From Zygophlyctis sp. KS116 (Eukaryota > Fungi > Chytridiomycota): a stretch of DNA of 32,000 nt. The notes under the pieces are model-generated. The model saw nothing but the letters and a program-made list of their open reading frames with translations. It had not been told where the DNA came from and searched no databases. Every line of letters starts with the position of its first letter. Positions within the stretch are counted from its first letter, which is position 1. The stretch lies in NCBI GenBank assembly GCA_054661495.1, contig BAAFSQ010000047.1, positions 1 through 32,000 on the forward strand, read 5' to 3'. The translations under genes and the position numbers were made by a program. Shown in pieces: positions 1 to 10,610 of this stretch.

Positions 1-912
1 TTAGTGCAATTTTGGCTTCTATATTCCTGGGAGAGGTCTTAAATAGAGATGGGAAGATTGGTTGTACATTATGTATTATTGGAGCGGTGATTATTGTACT
101 GCATTCTCCTCCTGAAGAGTTAATTTCAAGTACATCACAAGTATTAAATTATGTTTTAAGGCCAGGTATATTTTATGTAATTGAATTTTAGGTTTTATGG
201 TTTATTTAGTAGTCTCTGTTGCAGCTTCAATCATTCTTATATATAAAATTGCCCCGATTTATGGTAAAACGCACATGGTTGTTTATGTTTCTATTTGTTC
301 TTTAGTAGGCTCGATTTCAGTAATGGCATGTAAAGGATTTGGTATTGCTATAAAGTTGACTTCGGAGGGGGAAAATCAGTTTAATAGTCCAGCTGCGTAT
401 ATATTTGGGGCTACAGTTATATTTTGCGCAGTGACTCAAATTAATTATTTTAATAAGGCGCTAGATTTGTTTTCTACAAATTTGTAAGTATTTTACTTTA
501 TATCACATTTTTTAAAAAGAAATTAAATTATAGAGTCACTCCAGTGTATTATGTAATGTTCACTACTGCAACAATTTTAGCTTCTATAATATTATTTGAA
601 GGGATAGATAAAGCAACTCCTGTACTATTTTTTTCTAACTTTTAGATTGAAATAATAAGCGTATTTGTTGGTTTTGTGATCATTCTTATTGGTGTTTTTA
701 TGGTTAACTCGTCAAAATCAGAAGCAACATATCAATCCACATTTAATAGTCCACTACCTACATCACAGTCAGAAATTCCATTGAAAGCTCTTGGACCCCC
801 TAGTATGATACAGGACGACTCTACTCTGCATCTCAGGTTTGCAGTGATGCCAGAACATGATAATTTTGTTATAAGTGATGAGAACGAAAATGGACAAGTC
901 ACTTTGCCTTAA
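1..912 (+). CDS. NIPA-family magnesium transporter, 5' part outside window; introns about 166-191, 484-533, 622-645
   Basis: Spliced translation SAILASIFLGEVLNRDGKIGCTLCIIGAVIIVLHSP...VYVSICSLVGSISVMACKGFGIAIKLT...[27 protein letters not shown] matches NIPA2-type motifs; stop at 910-912. Confidence 0.93.
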
Positions 913-951
913 AGACTTGATCAACTTAGTCTAGAAATAATATTCCAATCA

Positions 952-3234
952 TCAATTCAAAAAAAATCCACAGTTTCCGTTTTCTAATGCTTTGAGTAAT
1001 CTATTTTCTAGTTTTTCTTTTGAAGCATATTCACTCAAGAGCAGCACATTGTAGCATGTGTGTGAAGTTGGCAAGCGATCACTGTCGCCTCCATTTTTTG
1101 CTATTATAAATGGCAGCTTGGCTAATCCCCCAATAGGAACTTTATCTGATCCTGTAGTGAAGAAGAGTAGCTTTTTCTTTGTTTGCTCATCCATTCTATG
1201 CACAATCTCCCAAAAGTACCTAATCTATCAAAAGATATAATAAACATACTGAACGATTGTAGAACTTTTTTCGAATCCGTCATACTGCGTATTTTCCTCC
1301 AATTCTTTGAAATCAAGAGTTGGACTGCCAACAACAAGTTCAGCTAATTCTTCTGGGCGAAATATATCAATCACTGATCCTGATAATGTGCAGTCAAATC
1401 CTTCCTTGAATGCACCGAAAGCTACTTCGGACATTGAATCAAAATAGGCTTGAACATATAAGTCCACAAACTCTATATATTAATCAAGTAGTAAATTTAC
1501 CCCTCCTATTATCCTTAGATACCACTATTTGGTCTCCTCCAGGTTTCAATAAATATGATATTCTTTCACCGTAAAAAGTTTGGAATTGAACTTCAAATGA
1601 ATATCCATAGGTATCTTCAATATCACCATCGAAATCAAGCAGGCTTTCTAAGCCTTTTGCTAGCTGCTAAATTACAATTAAACGACTTAAAAATTACCGG
1701 ATCTAATTCATGTAAATCTTCAATTGATGGTGAATGATTAAGGAGCTTTTTATACAATGCCAAAGGAAATTTTATATCAAGGACAACTCCGTTATAAATA
1801 GCTAAACCAATCAGGATTCCTGTATAACATTAGGAATTCAAACATACCCAACATCCTATATTCCTCTACCGTGTTAATATCTCTCGTGTTATCTATTGTA
1901 AACCAACAAAGGCGAGAATCTATAATCATTAATAGTACTAGATACCAGGATTCATCACAAACATTCCTAGAGATGTTAATATTAATATAAATACCATATT
2001 CAGGATCAAATATAGTATCCATTGCAAGTTTAAAAAATTCTTTTTGAACACCTCCTTCATCTATACCGTCCTCTCCAACAAAAGTCACACGGAGCTGCTT
2101 CTTAAAGTCGTATGCTCTTCGAGATTCAAGCTGAAATTTTAAGATATTAAACATACTTGCACAACTGCATCTCTAATAACGTGATTTCTACGAATATCCA
2201 CTAATAATCAAAATATTAAAAATCACTTTGCAGGTAAGGACTATTAACTCCAACAAACATTGCCCTGAAAAACGCATCCTGAAGTTCATGGCGCATTCTT
2301 ACTAAGCTCTCGAGTCTCAAAACTTCATTCTTTGCACCTGTAGATAAAAGAAACGGATATGATATAAAACAGAACCTATGCTAAGTATAAAGATAAACAT
2401 ACCCTTCCTTCCCTTTAAATCTAGGATAGTCCTCCTTCATATCAAGGCAAGTCTCGACTGCTTCGTTATAGAAATCAAAGTATGGCAGAAAACTACTTGC
2501 ATCATTGATTGCGGCTAAAGTTTTAACTAAGAATTTTTACAAAGAATGGCGATTGACTGAACCGCCGAAACCAACAATTCATCTTTATAAAGTGCATCCA
2601 TATCCGCATTCAATTCAATAACTCGCTGAGTTATAAATCTATTGAAAAGTGAAACGGTATGCTTAAATATTGCCGCTGATCCTTTAGATTCAAGATCAGA
2701 TCTTAGCAGACTTTCTTGTAAAGTCCATGCAAACTCTATCCTTTGACTCTGACTCAAAGATGCCAGAGTATGAGATATTTTTGGCATAAGTAACTGATAA
2801 CTGTCATTGTCATTTAAAAGTGGATGTCTGAGTATAACGATCAATGCCGTAGTTTGATTTTTCCGAAGATCCTGAACTTCATGTTTTAGCTGATCAAATA
2901 GACAATTAAATGCATTGAGACAGACTTTATCAGCATCCAGCTCAGAATACCACTTATCTAATTCAACTAGATCAATAAAGCTAGATCCTGAACTACTCTA
3001 TTCATTTAGATCAGGCGTAAAATCCCCCATTTTTAAGATCATTTACTGCATTTTAAGCAGGATCAGAGGAATTTAAGATCATTTCAGAAATTAAATCATT
3101 ACCTCAAAGACCTGCATTAAGTTTGCCAAATTTGAAAATATTTCAAAAAGGCCATCCGATCCTTCATCTTTAATGCTTCTAGGAGCCAGGAGCTCTTCAT
3201 GCCCATAGCTAATTATTTTACCAAGATAGGCCAT
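952..3234 (-). CDS. HECT-domain E3 ubiquitin ligase (E6AP/Hul4-like), about 11 introns
   Basis: [50 protein letters not shown] (catalytic Cys) and terminal GFFLN; upstream [22 protein letters not shown]. Start at ATG 3234 assumes the 105-nt intron 2998-3102. Confidence 0.92.
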
Positions 3235-3314
3235 TTGTAAACAGTTAAACAATGCGTCGGGCGTGACCTTGCTGGCCGACGAAACCCTTTCGATCTAAAA
3301 GCCTGCGCTACAAG

Positions 3315-5276
3315 ATGGGAAGTATGTTTTACTAAACTTATGTCTAGAGAAAACTTGCAGAAATGTTCTGATCTATGGATTTTGCAAATATGAAGCTACA
3401 TGTAAATTCGATCATCCAGTAAGTATTAAATATTAACAAAAGACTCCAAAGGCCTCGCAAGATCCTTCCGCCAGTTCTGAAATTTCGGCCAATTTTAGCA
3501 CAGAAGCTTCAGAGTTTGTGCCTCAATCAGTTCGAGAGTTTGTTCCGCAGACTGATCAGGACTATGCTCCGCCGCTAGAACAAGAAATACTTGGGGAGCA
3601 GGGATATGATGAATATTATGACCAGATGGACAACTATATGATTAATATGAATTTGGCAGAACAGCCAATGACAAATGCACAACAATTAGATGCTTATTTT
3701 TATAATAGACAGCAGCAACCTTTTCCGAGACAAGTGGTATGTATTTTCTTGCTTAATTTATTCGCTTAATTTAAACTCTAATCAAAAGCCACTATATCAT
3801 CTATATAATACACCAGCTCCCCAATCTACACCAAAAGGACTAGTATCTATTCATGCATTTTCAATGTCAAATAGTTTGCGTGAAGATCTTAGCCGAAGAA
3901 ATGAAGATGTTCAAAGAGTTGGAAATCCAAATGATCCAATTTTGCAAACATTAAGCGCCAAAGTTCAGTCTTATCATTCTTTTTGCCCTGTTGAAATGGC
4001 TTCTGCGGCTCCGTCTGTGATTTTTGGGTATAGAAGTTCATTGTACAAGGCTATAAATTCTTTGAATGGTGGATATTATTTGCTTAGAAGAATAGAAGGT
4101 TTAAATGATGTAACTGATGATTAGAGTTTAGATTAGTAAATGAGCAAGCCATGCGTGCTATAGAGAGCTGGACTAAAATTCAACATGCAAATATTGTTTC
4201 AGTAAAGGAGGCATTTACAACTAAAGCATTTGGAGATAATTGTAAAATTTATTTTTCAGCTTACTGTTAGCGCTGGTTGTTGTTCATTCTTATCACCCTC
4301 TTGCCAAAACTTTGGCTGAAGTTTATCTGTCCCGTTCTTCAGGAGCATATGGCAATACTATATCGGAATCTATACTTGTGAATCTAATCATTCAAATTGC
4401 CAGTGCGATATCGAAAATCCATTCTTTATCTTTAGCTGCTCGGATTATTGATCCTACTAAAATAATTCTAACTGGAAAAAATCGGTAAGTTTAGAAAAAG
4501 TTGTTTATTGGGCAGTTTACGATTAAACGGATGCGGAATTATGGATATTCTTTCTTTTGAAAATGGAAGAAGTATAGAGCAACTACAACAAGATGATTTA
4601 TTTCATTTCGGACAGCTGATCCTTGCTTTAGCTTGTGGAACCATGCTAGCATCCCATAATATGACTAGATCTATGGAATTCGTTTCGAGTAAATTCTCTC
4701 CTGACATCAAAAACTTATTGATTTATCTTTTATACAATCCGACTCAATATAAAAATATCCAAGAATGTACTTTATTGCTAGGGAAACGGATATTTGGAGT
4801 ACTTGACGATATCCAACTGTATTTAGGTTTTTGATTTAAAATTATAGAAATAATGACAATCTGGAGAATGAAGTAACAAAAGAATTAGAAAATGGCCGAA
4901 TAGTGCGACTTTTATCAAAATTAGGCTTTATTAATGAAAGACCAGAGTAATTTATTTATAAATAATATAAGATTTGATATGAATCCAGATTGGGCTGATA
5001 CTGGAGATCGATATCTACTAAAATTGTTTCGGGATTATGTGTTTCATCAGGTGGACGAATATGGATCACCACTAATTGAAATGTCACATGTTATTCAGTG
5101 TTTAAACAAGGTATTTTTTGTTAATAATTTAAATTTAGCTTGATGTTGGCGTTGATGAACGCATCATGTTAACGTCTCGAGATGATAAGCAGTGTTTAAT
5201 TGTTAGCTATCATGATCTTAAGAATTGCATAGACGCAGCATTTAATGAACTGGCAAAGCGTAGAGCTCAAATATAA
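3315..5276 (+). CDS. PAN3: PAN2-PAN3 deadenylase subunit PAN3 (CCCH finger, PAM2-like motif, pseudokinase, knob)
   Basis: Spliced N-terminus [26 protein letters not shown] (intron 3322-3347); ASEFVP PAM2-like motif; [11 protein letters not shown]; [24 protein letters not shown]; [23 protein letters not shown]; ERIMLTSRD. Confidence 0.97.
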
Positions 5277-5299
5277 TTTTAAACGTCGACATCATTACA

Positions 5300-6281
5300 A
5301 TGAGGTCAGTCAAATAATTGAAATTTCCGACTTTTATGTTTGCAATTCCTTCTAGTGGAAAACCTTCCAAGCCAAGAGTATTGGAAGGGAATTGGCAAGA
5401 AGAGCATTTAGCTTTGGAGGTATTCATTGTCACCTTTGATCAGTAGATGAATACAAAGGAATTTGTAGAAAAGCAAGATAACATGATTAGAAATATCAGA
5501 CAAGGGAAACTACCGGTAAATAATCAGTTAAAATGGTCGAATATGTCAGATCATATTAATCATATTAATCAACCATACATATACAAGGATCAACAATCAA
5601 AGGATCGACCCATCAAGTTTGGGGATTTAGTTCAGATCAAGAGCAAAATGGGTCTCACTTTAACTTTTGATATGTGGACTACAACATTTGTACCTACCAA
5701 CTCTGGCCCAAAATTGGGAAAGAAGGAATTTATTTTATTAGCTTCGAAATTTAATGGTGAATCAGATACACCTCCAATTTCAAGAAATGTATTTCAGATA
5801 TCAAAAGTTGCTGGAGAAGATTATCCAGATGAAACTCTACTTCAAGGGATGAAATTTCAACTGATTGCTCCATCAGAACGTTTTGATAAAAAGGTACTTT
5901 TCTTATTAAATTTAATACAATAGTATGCCATCAAATCTATTCCTGCAAATATGGCGAAAATGGCATTTGAGAACAAAATAGAAGTTGTACTTTCCCAACA
6001 GCTTTCAAGTTATGATTCAGTTTGGTATCATGTTAATATTTTTAAAATTGATTAGGCAAGTCAAGAATATAGACAAAAATTCAAAATCATGGCAGCATAC
6101 ACCAGTTCATGGAAATACTAAATGTTTTCTTAATCATTGCTCTACAAATTCATTCCTCGGACTACCAACTCAACAAAATAGTCAATATATATTAGATAAT
6201 GGATGTCAAGTCTTCTCAACGACAGATATTGATAAAAGATCACTTGATTTATATCAATGGTCTATAATTCCATTAGATTAA
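5300..6281 (+). CDS. CFAP161: Cilia- and flagella-associated protein 161-like (axonemal microtubule inner protein)
   Basis: PRVLEGNWQEE, IKFGDLVQI, PISRNVFQI, LLQGMKFQL and PVHGNTKCFLNHCSTNSFL resemble CFAP161 blocks as remembered. The start is either ATG 5300 (via intron 5305-5355) or ATG 5336. Confidence 0.75.
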
Positions 6282-6283
6282 TC

Positions 6284-6549
6284 TTAATTTCTTATAGATT
6301 TTGAAATTCTTTTTGAAATTTCCTTGTGACTTTGAAAATCAGACAAGAAATCACTTTTATCATATGAACTTTTTAGTATTTTTGAGATTTTTGAATATAT
6401 TTTCTTTATTTTTAAATAATTAGAATTACATTATTTTCCTCTTCAATCTTGTTTATAGGAGATTTTCTAGATTTTGCAGGTTTAATAGATTGGATAGATT
6501 GACTAGATTTAATAGATTTAGGCAGAGGATCAAATGCAGAAGAAATCAT
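6284..6549 (-). CDS. 79-aa basic microprotein resembling the CFAP97/Hemingway (KIAA1430) domain; absent from ORF track
   Basis: Exons 6549-6430 and 6403-6284 joined over a 26-nt GT-AG intron give MISSAFDPLPKSIKSSQSIQSIKPAKSRKSPINKIEEENNKIYSKISKILKSSYDKSDFLSDFQSHKEISKRISKSIRN*, filling the gap between neighbours almost exactly. The I..EN..I...I....S.Y.......D...H....IS pattern is CFAP97-like. Confidence 0.6.
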
Positions 6550-6556
6550 AATGACA

Positions 6557-7039
6557 TCAACGCCGGGAATTATCCACTTTTAACTTGAAAGTATACGGCA
6601 TTAATCCTAATTCTCTTTAAATTTAAAAAATCCTACCCATTGATCTAGCTCTTCTGATTGCCTTTGCCACCCTTTTCTGATTTTTTGTTGAAAGTCCAGT
6701 ATCAACTCTGGGTTTTATAAATCCAATTTCCGTTACAAAATGTGACAACATGCGTACATTTTTATATTCCTTCAACGGATCAATATTTAATTCATTTAAT
6801 ACATCAGATTTTTGCATTACTTTCCTTGACAATAGACGATCTGAATTTTTTGAATTTAAATCTCTGGGAACATATTCCTGTTTTGGCTTAAACAATATTT
6901 GTCCTAAATTTTCGTCCGGATCTAAAAAAGCTGAGCTATCAGAGTATGAAGGAATTAGAGATTTATTAGATGGAATAGAGAATTTATTCATGGATGATAG
7001 ACTCCGTTGTATCAGAGGAAGAGTTCTTAATTTCAACAT
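6557..7039 (-). CDS. RSM18: Mitochondrial ribosomal protein bS18m
   Basis: Presequence-like MLKLRTLPLIQRSLSS; DPLKEYKNVRMLSHFVTEIGFIKPRVDTGLSTKNQKRVAKAIRRARSMG|LMP across an intron at about 6607-6636. Confidence 0.9.
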
Positions 7040-7154
7040 TTTTTCTCTAGCATCCCAACACTTGCCATTCAATCATTGGCAGCCCGTGGACATTGGCCTA
7101 TAACAACTCAAATACAAGTGGCACAGAAACCTTTTTCAACCTTGCCAAAAAAAA

Positions 7155-7290
7155 AGTAAATTACCTCTCATCACTAACATTCCTAGTGCGTGCAAAGTGG
7201 AGAAAGAAGAGACAAAGAAGACTCAAGAGAAAGCGACGAAAGGTCAGAGCCAGATCTAAAGTAATTTATAAAAATTTAAAAAAATAGTAA
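7155..7290 (+). CDS. RPL41: Ribosomal protein eL41 (25 aa), three exons
   Basis: A(7155) | intron 7156-7186 | TG CGT GCA... gives MRAKWRKKRQRRLKRKRRKVRARSK | intron 7261-7287 | TAA 7288-7290. Confidence 0.95.
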
Positions 7291-7446
7291 ATCTTATCAC
7301 TGGAGAATTTATAGTCTAGAAGATAATAAATGTGATCCATGCTTCCAATGCGAAGATGGACAATGATTTAGAAATTTTTATGATTTTTACCATTTGTAGT
7401 AGTATGAGACTTGAGTCTAACAACCTAGACATTAAACTGACGACAA

Positions 7447-7810
7447 ATGTTTTCAACTGGGATTTGTTTATCTGGACTGGTCACTAAAAAGAGATTTGGT
7501 TTAACTAGTACACAAAAGGCTCGTCTTAGATCAAGGTTAAAGAATGTCGATACAGTAGTTCAGACTCTGGTAGACTCTGGGGTTAGCTGTAGAGCACTGG
7601 TACTATATAATATTTAAAGTATAGGATCTGGCTAAAAAGATGCCGAAACAACATGAATTATCTCCACTAGAAAAATATTGGGTTCCGTCAAAAAGGTACA
7701 GGAATGGTTTAAAACCAATCAGTTGGGTTCCGAAATGGACAAAGGTGCCACACCCAAGGAGTTGGAAAACTTCTTATCTGCATGAACCAGACTTTGCTAG
7801 AAAGATGTGA
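7447..7810 (+). CDS. MRPL31: Mitochondrial ribosomal protein mL60 (fungal MRPL31); absent from ORF track
   Basis: Exons 7447-7599 and 7625-7810: MFSTGICLSGLVTKKRFGLTSTQKARLRSRLKNVDTVVQTL...MPKQHELSPLEKYWVPSKRYRNGLKPISWVPKWTKVPHPR. QK.R.R.RL.NVD.V, MP...E.SP..KY and VPKWTK are mL60 signatures. Confidence 0.85.
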
Positions 7811-7836
7811 AAAAACATTTATTAAATTTCATCATC

Positions 7837-10592
7837 TTATAGATCTGCATGAGAGTCTTCTTTATCGGTTGCGTCCCTTTCTTGACTTTTATCATCTGAT
7901 TCTTCTGGTAATTCCCCCTCTTCTGGAGATTCTGATTCTGCCTCTTCTGGAGATTCTGATTCTGCCTCTTCTGGAGTGACAGGTTCCGGTTTTGGAGTTT
8001 CAGTAGATGCAGAACTGGTAGACTTTTTCTTCTCTTCCTGCTTTTTACGCTTCAATTCTAGATCCTTGGCTGTCTCAAGTGCTTGTATTTGTACAAAAGT
8101 ACGCTCCAACATTTCAATACGTCCCTTTAAATCACTGCTTAATAGAACTGGGTTTTGTAGAGGAGTTAATTCTGATTGGGATTTTGATGTTGTTTTATAC
8201 CAATTTTCTGTGATTTCCAGTATTTTAGAAACCTTTTCAGACTTGGTTTTTAAAGAACTGTCTTCTTTAAGATCTTTTTCAAATTCTTCCATGATTTTCT
8301 TGCATTTATTCAGAATTGCTTCGAATTCTGTTACTGCTAGAGGTCTAAGAGCGTCTTCTTTTGTCCTAAGAAAAATAGGATCAGCCAGACTCTTCAGATT
8401 TTCAAGTTTTTTACTAAATTCCTCCTTTGTACCATCAATTTCATGATCTTCCATCCACTCAGATGCTTCACTTACTGCTTTTGAAAGGATTTCACGCTCC
8501 TCTGATGTGCTAAAGGCTTCAAATTTAGATTCATAGCCAATTTCTCTTGATGAGTAAATGAATGATTCTAACTCATTACGCGCTTCTTCTCGCAGCTGAC
8601 GAATCTTGTCTTCCTTGTCCATAACTTTTAATACATCTTTGATTTCTTCCTTTTCTTTACTAGTCAAAGGAATTTGATTTTGCCATTTAATCGAAACCTT
8701 GAGGTTGACCTGCTCCATAATTGACTTTTTGGCACTCTTTTCCGGTTTGGAATCTTTCTTTTGGGTTTTAGAAGATTCCGGCTCAGTGTCTATCTCTTGA
8801 TCCAATTTATCTTCTTCATTTTCAGAATCTTTTTTCTAAAGATGAGGACGACATGGGAAATACCTTATCTTTATCAGAAGAGAAAAAGTCCATTACACCA
8901 TCTATAATACCTTGCGATTCTTTTCCAACTTCTATAATTATATAGGCTTTAGGAACAGAAATAAGTCCAGATTCGGATAATTCAATAGTGGCTTTAACCT
9001 TTATACTTTTGATGGGTTTGTCCTTGAATTGCAATTTTGCTTCCTCGATTCCAGATATGCCTACTTCTGCCATAACTTTTTTAGTGTCTCTATTCAATTT
9101 AGAAATCAAGATATTTACGAAAAGAATAATTTGAAAGAAAAGTCACTTGAAACTGCAAAATTAACCAGCTTTTTTGAGCCAAGTCTATTCTTTTCTGTAA
9201 AAAGACTTATAGTAACAGGAGTTGAGTCTGATAATTAAAAGCCTTAAATTTTACCTAAAGATTTATATTCGATAGATATTGGACGAGATGCAATATCCTT
9301 AACCTTTATTCCTCTTCTGGTTCTAAACTGAGCACTGATAGACGCAGCATGATAAACAGCTCCAAATACGGCAGCCTCATCCCCATCAACATTACGTGCA
9401 ATTTTATCAGCTCCTACCAAATTACTTAAAACAGTTTGAATTGCAGGAATACGAATACCACCCCCAACAAGTACAAGAGATGACACTTGTTCAAGAGTCA
9501 TATTTGAATTTTTCAAAACAGAAGTCACAGGCCCTCCAACTCTATCCAAGAGATCCTTTGAATTCTCTTCAAGTTCTTGACGTGTAAACTTTGCTCTAAA
9601 ATCAATCCCATCCATAACATTTTCAATTGATGCAAAAGTTTCTGTATTTGCACTCAAAATTTGTTTTACACGATTAGCTTCCTTTAAGAATTTAGCCATT
9701 GCTTTTGAATTTTTTTCTACATCCAATCCTTTTCCAGCTCCACTTTTAAATCTCTCAATTAAAAGACCTTGAAGAATTTTATCAAATGCTCTTCCACCTA
9801 ATAAAGCATCAAATCCAAAATCAATAGTTTCTAAATCAAGAACTGGTCGAATTGTTCCATGAGATGTCACATTAACCACAGAAAATTTCACCAATGATGC
9901 AACCGTTGAACCTGCTCCCATATCATAAAACAAATGATATTGAGCCTTTTCAAAATCTGAATCTTTTTTTCCAATACCAAAACTCATTGCAACTATAATA
10001 TTTATTTTTTACAAAAATTACCTGCAGTCTCATCATTCATTAAAGATAAAACATTTATTCCACCTAATTCTGCCGCATCCAAAATAACTTGTCTTTCAAA
10101 TGGTCCATAGTAAGGAGGAACTGTTACGACTGCCCCATTTACTTTTTCACCACCATAACTTTCAGCCATTTTTTTCATATGAGCAAATTGCATACCAATC
10201 AGAGCTTCAACACTCCATGTACTTGAATTTTTATTTCCATCTTCAAACGCAACAACTCCCCTTTTAGAATCTTTTACCATTTGATTCGCCCACGTCTCTC
10301 TATATTCTATAGCTTCCGTATCATCAAACTCTTTCCCGACAACATATTTGAGAGTTGGAAAATTCAGTAAAGAATATCTAGTTCCTAGAGCAACAGCATC
10401 CGAACCAAAGTATCTTATTCCGTCTCTCAAGAGAATAACTGCAGCCGTTTTCCGCTTTGACTCTCGATTTAAAACCGTTTCAATGACTGGTCCAGGCTTT
10501 ATCAGTGACACTTTATACCAGTCAGTCCCATAGTCTATTCCAATGACAGACGCTGAAACAAGAGCAATTTGACATATCAGCAAAACCAACAT
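7837..10592 (-). CDS. LHS1: ER lumenal large Hsp70 / nucleotide exchange factor (Lhs1/Grp170/HYOU1), 4 introns
   Basis: Signal peptide then VIGIDYGT, VLNRESKRKT, FYDMGAGSTVAS, ILSANTE, DEAAVFGA, EEARNELESFIY; acidic tail ending in the ER-retrieval-like HADL. Confidence 0.95.
7917..7976. repeat. 24-bp coding tandem repeat, 2.5 copies (PEEAESES) in the LHS1 tail
   Basis: cctcttctggagattctgattctg at 7917 and 7941, half copy at 7965. Confidence 0.95.
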
Positions 10593-10610
10593 TTTCCGTA
10601 ATTTTTTTGA

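Noticed and set aside
3252-3295. Hammerhead ribozyme
   Set aside because: CGAAAC is present but there is no CTGANGA core in the required arrangement on either strand.
7400-7445. SECIS-like ATGA-N11-AA...TGA spacing
   Set aside because: Helix II pairs poorly and no upstream gene has an in-frame TGA at a conserved position.
6750-8446. Long antisense ORFs 6750-7103 and 7976-8446, and similar ones at 1058, 9029, 10348, 12826, 13774, 23554, 26158 and 26984
   Set aside because: They are shadows of well-supported genes on the opposite strand and have no recognisable motifs.
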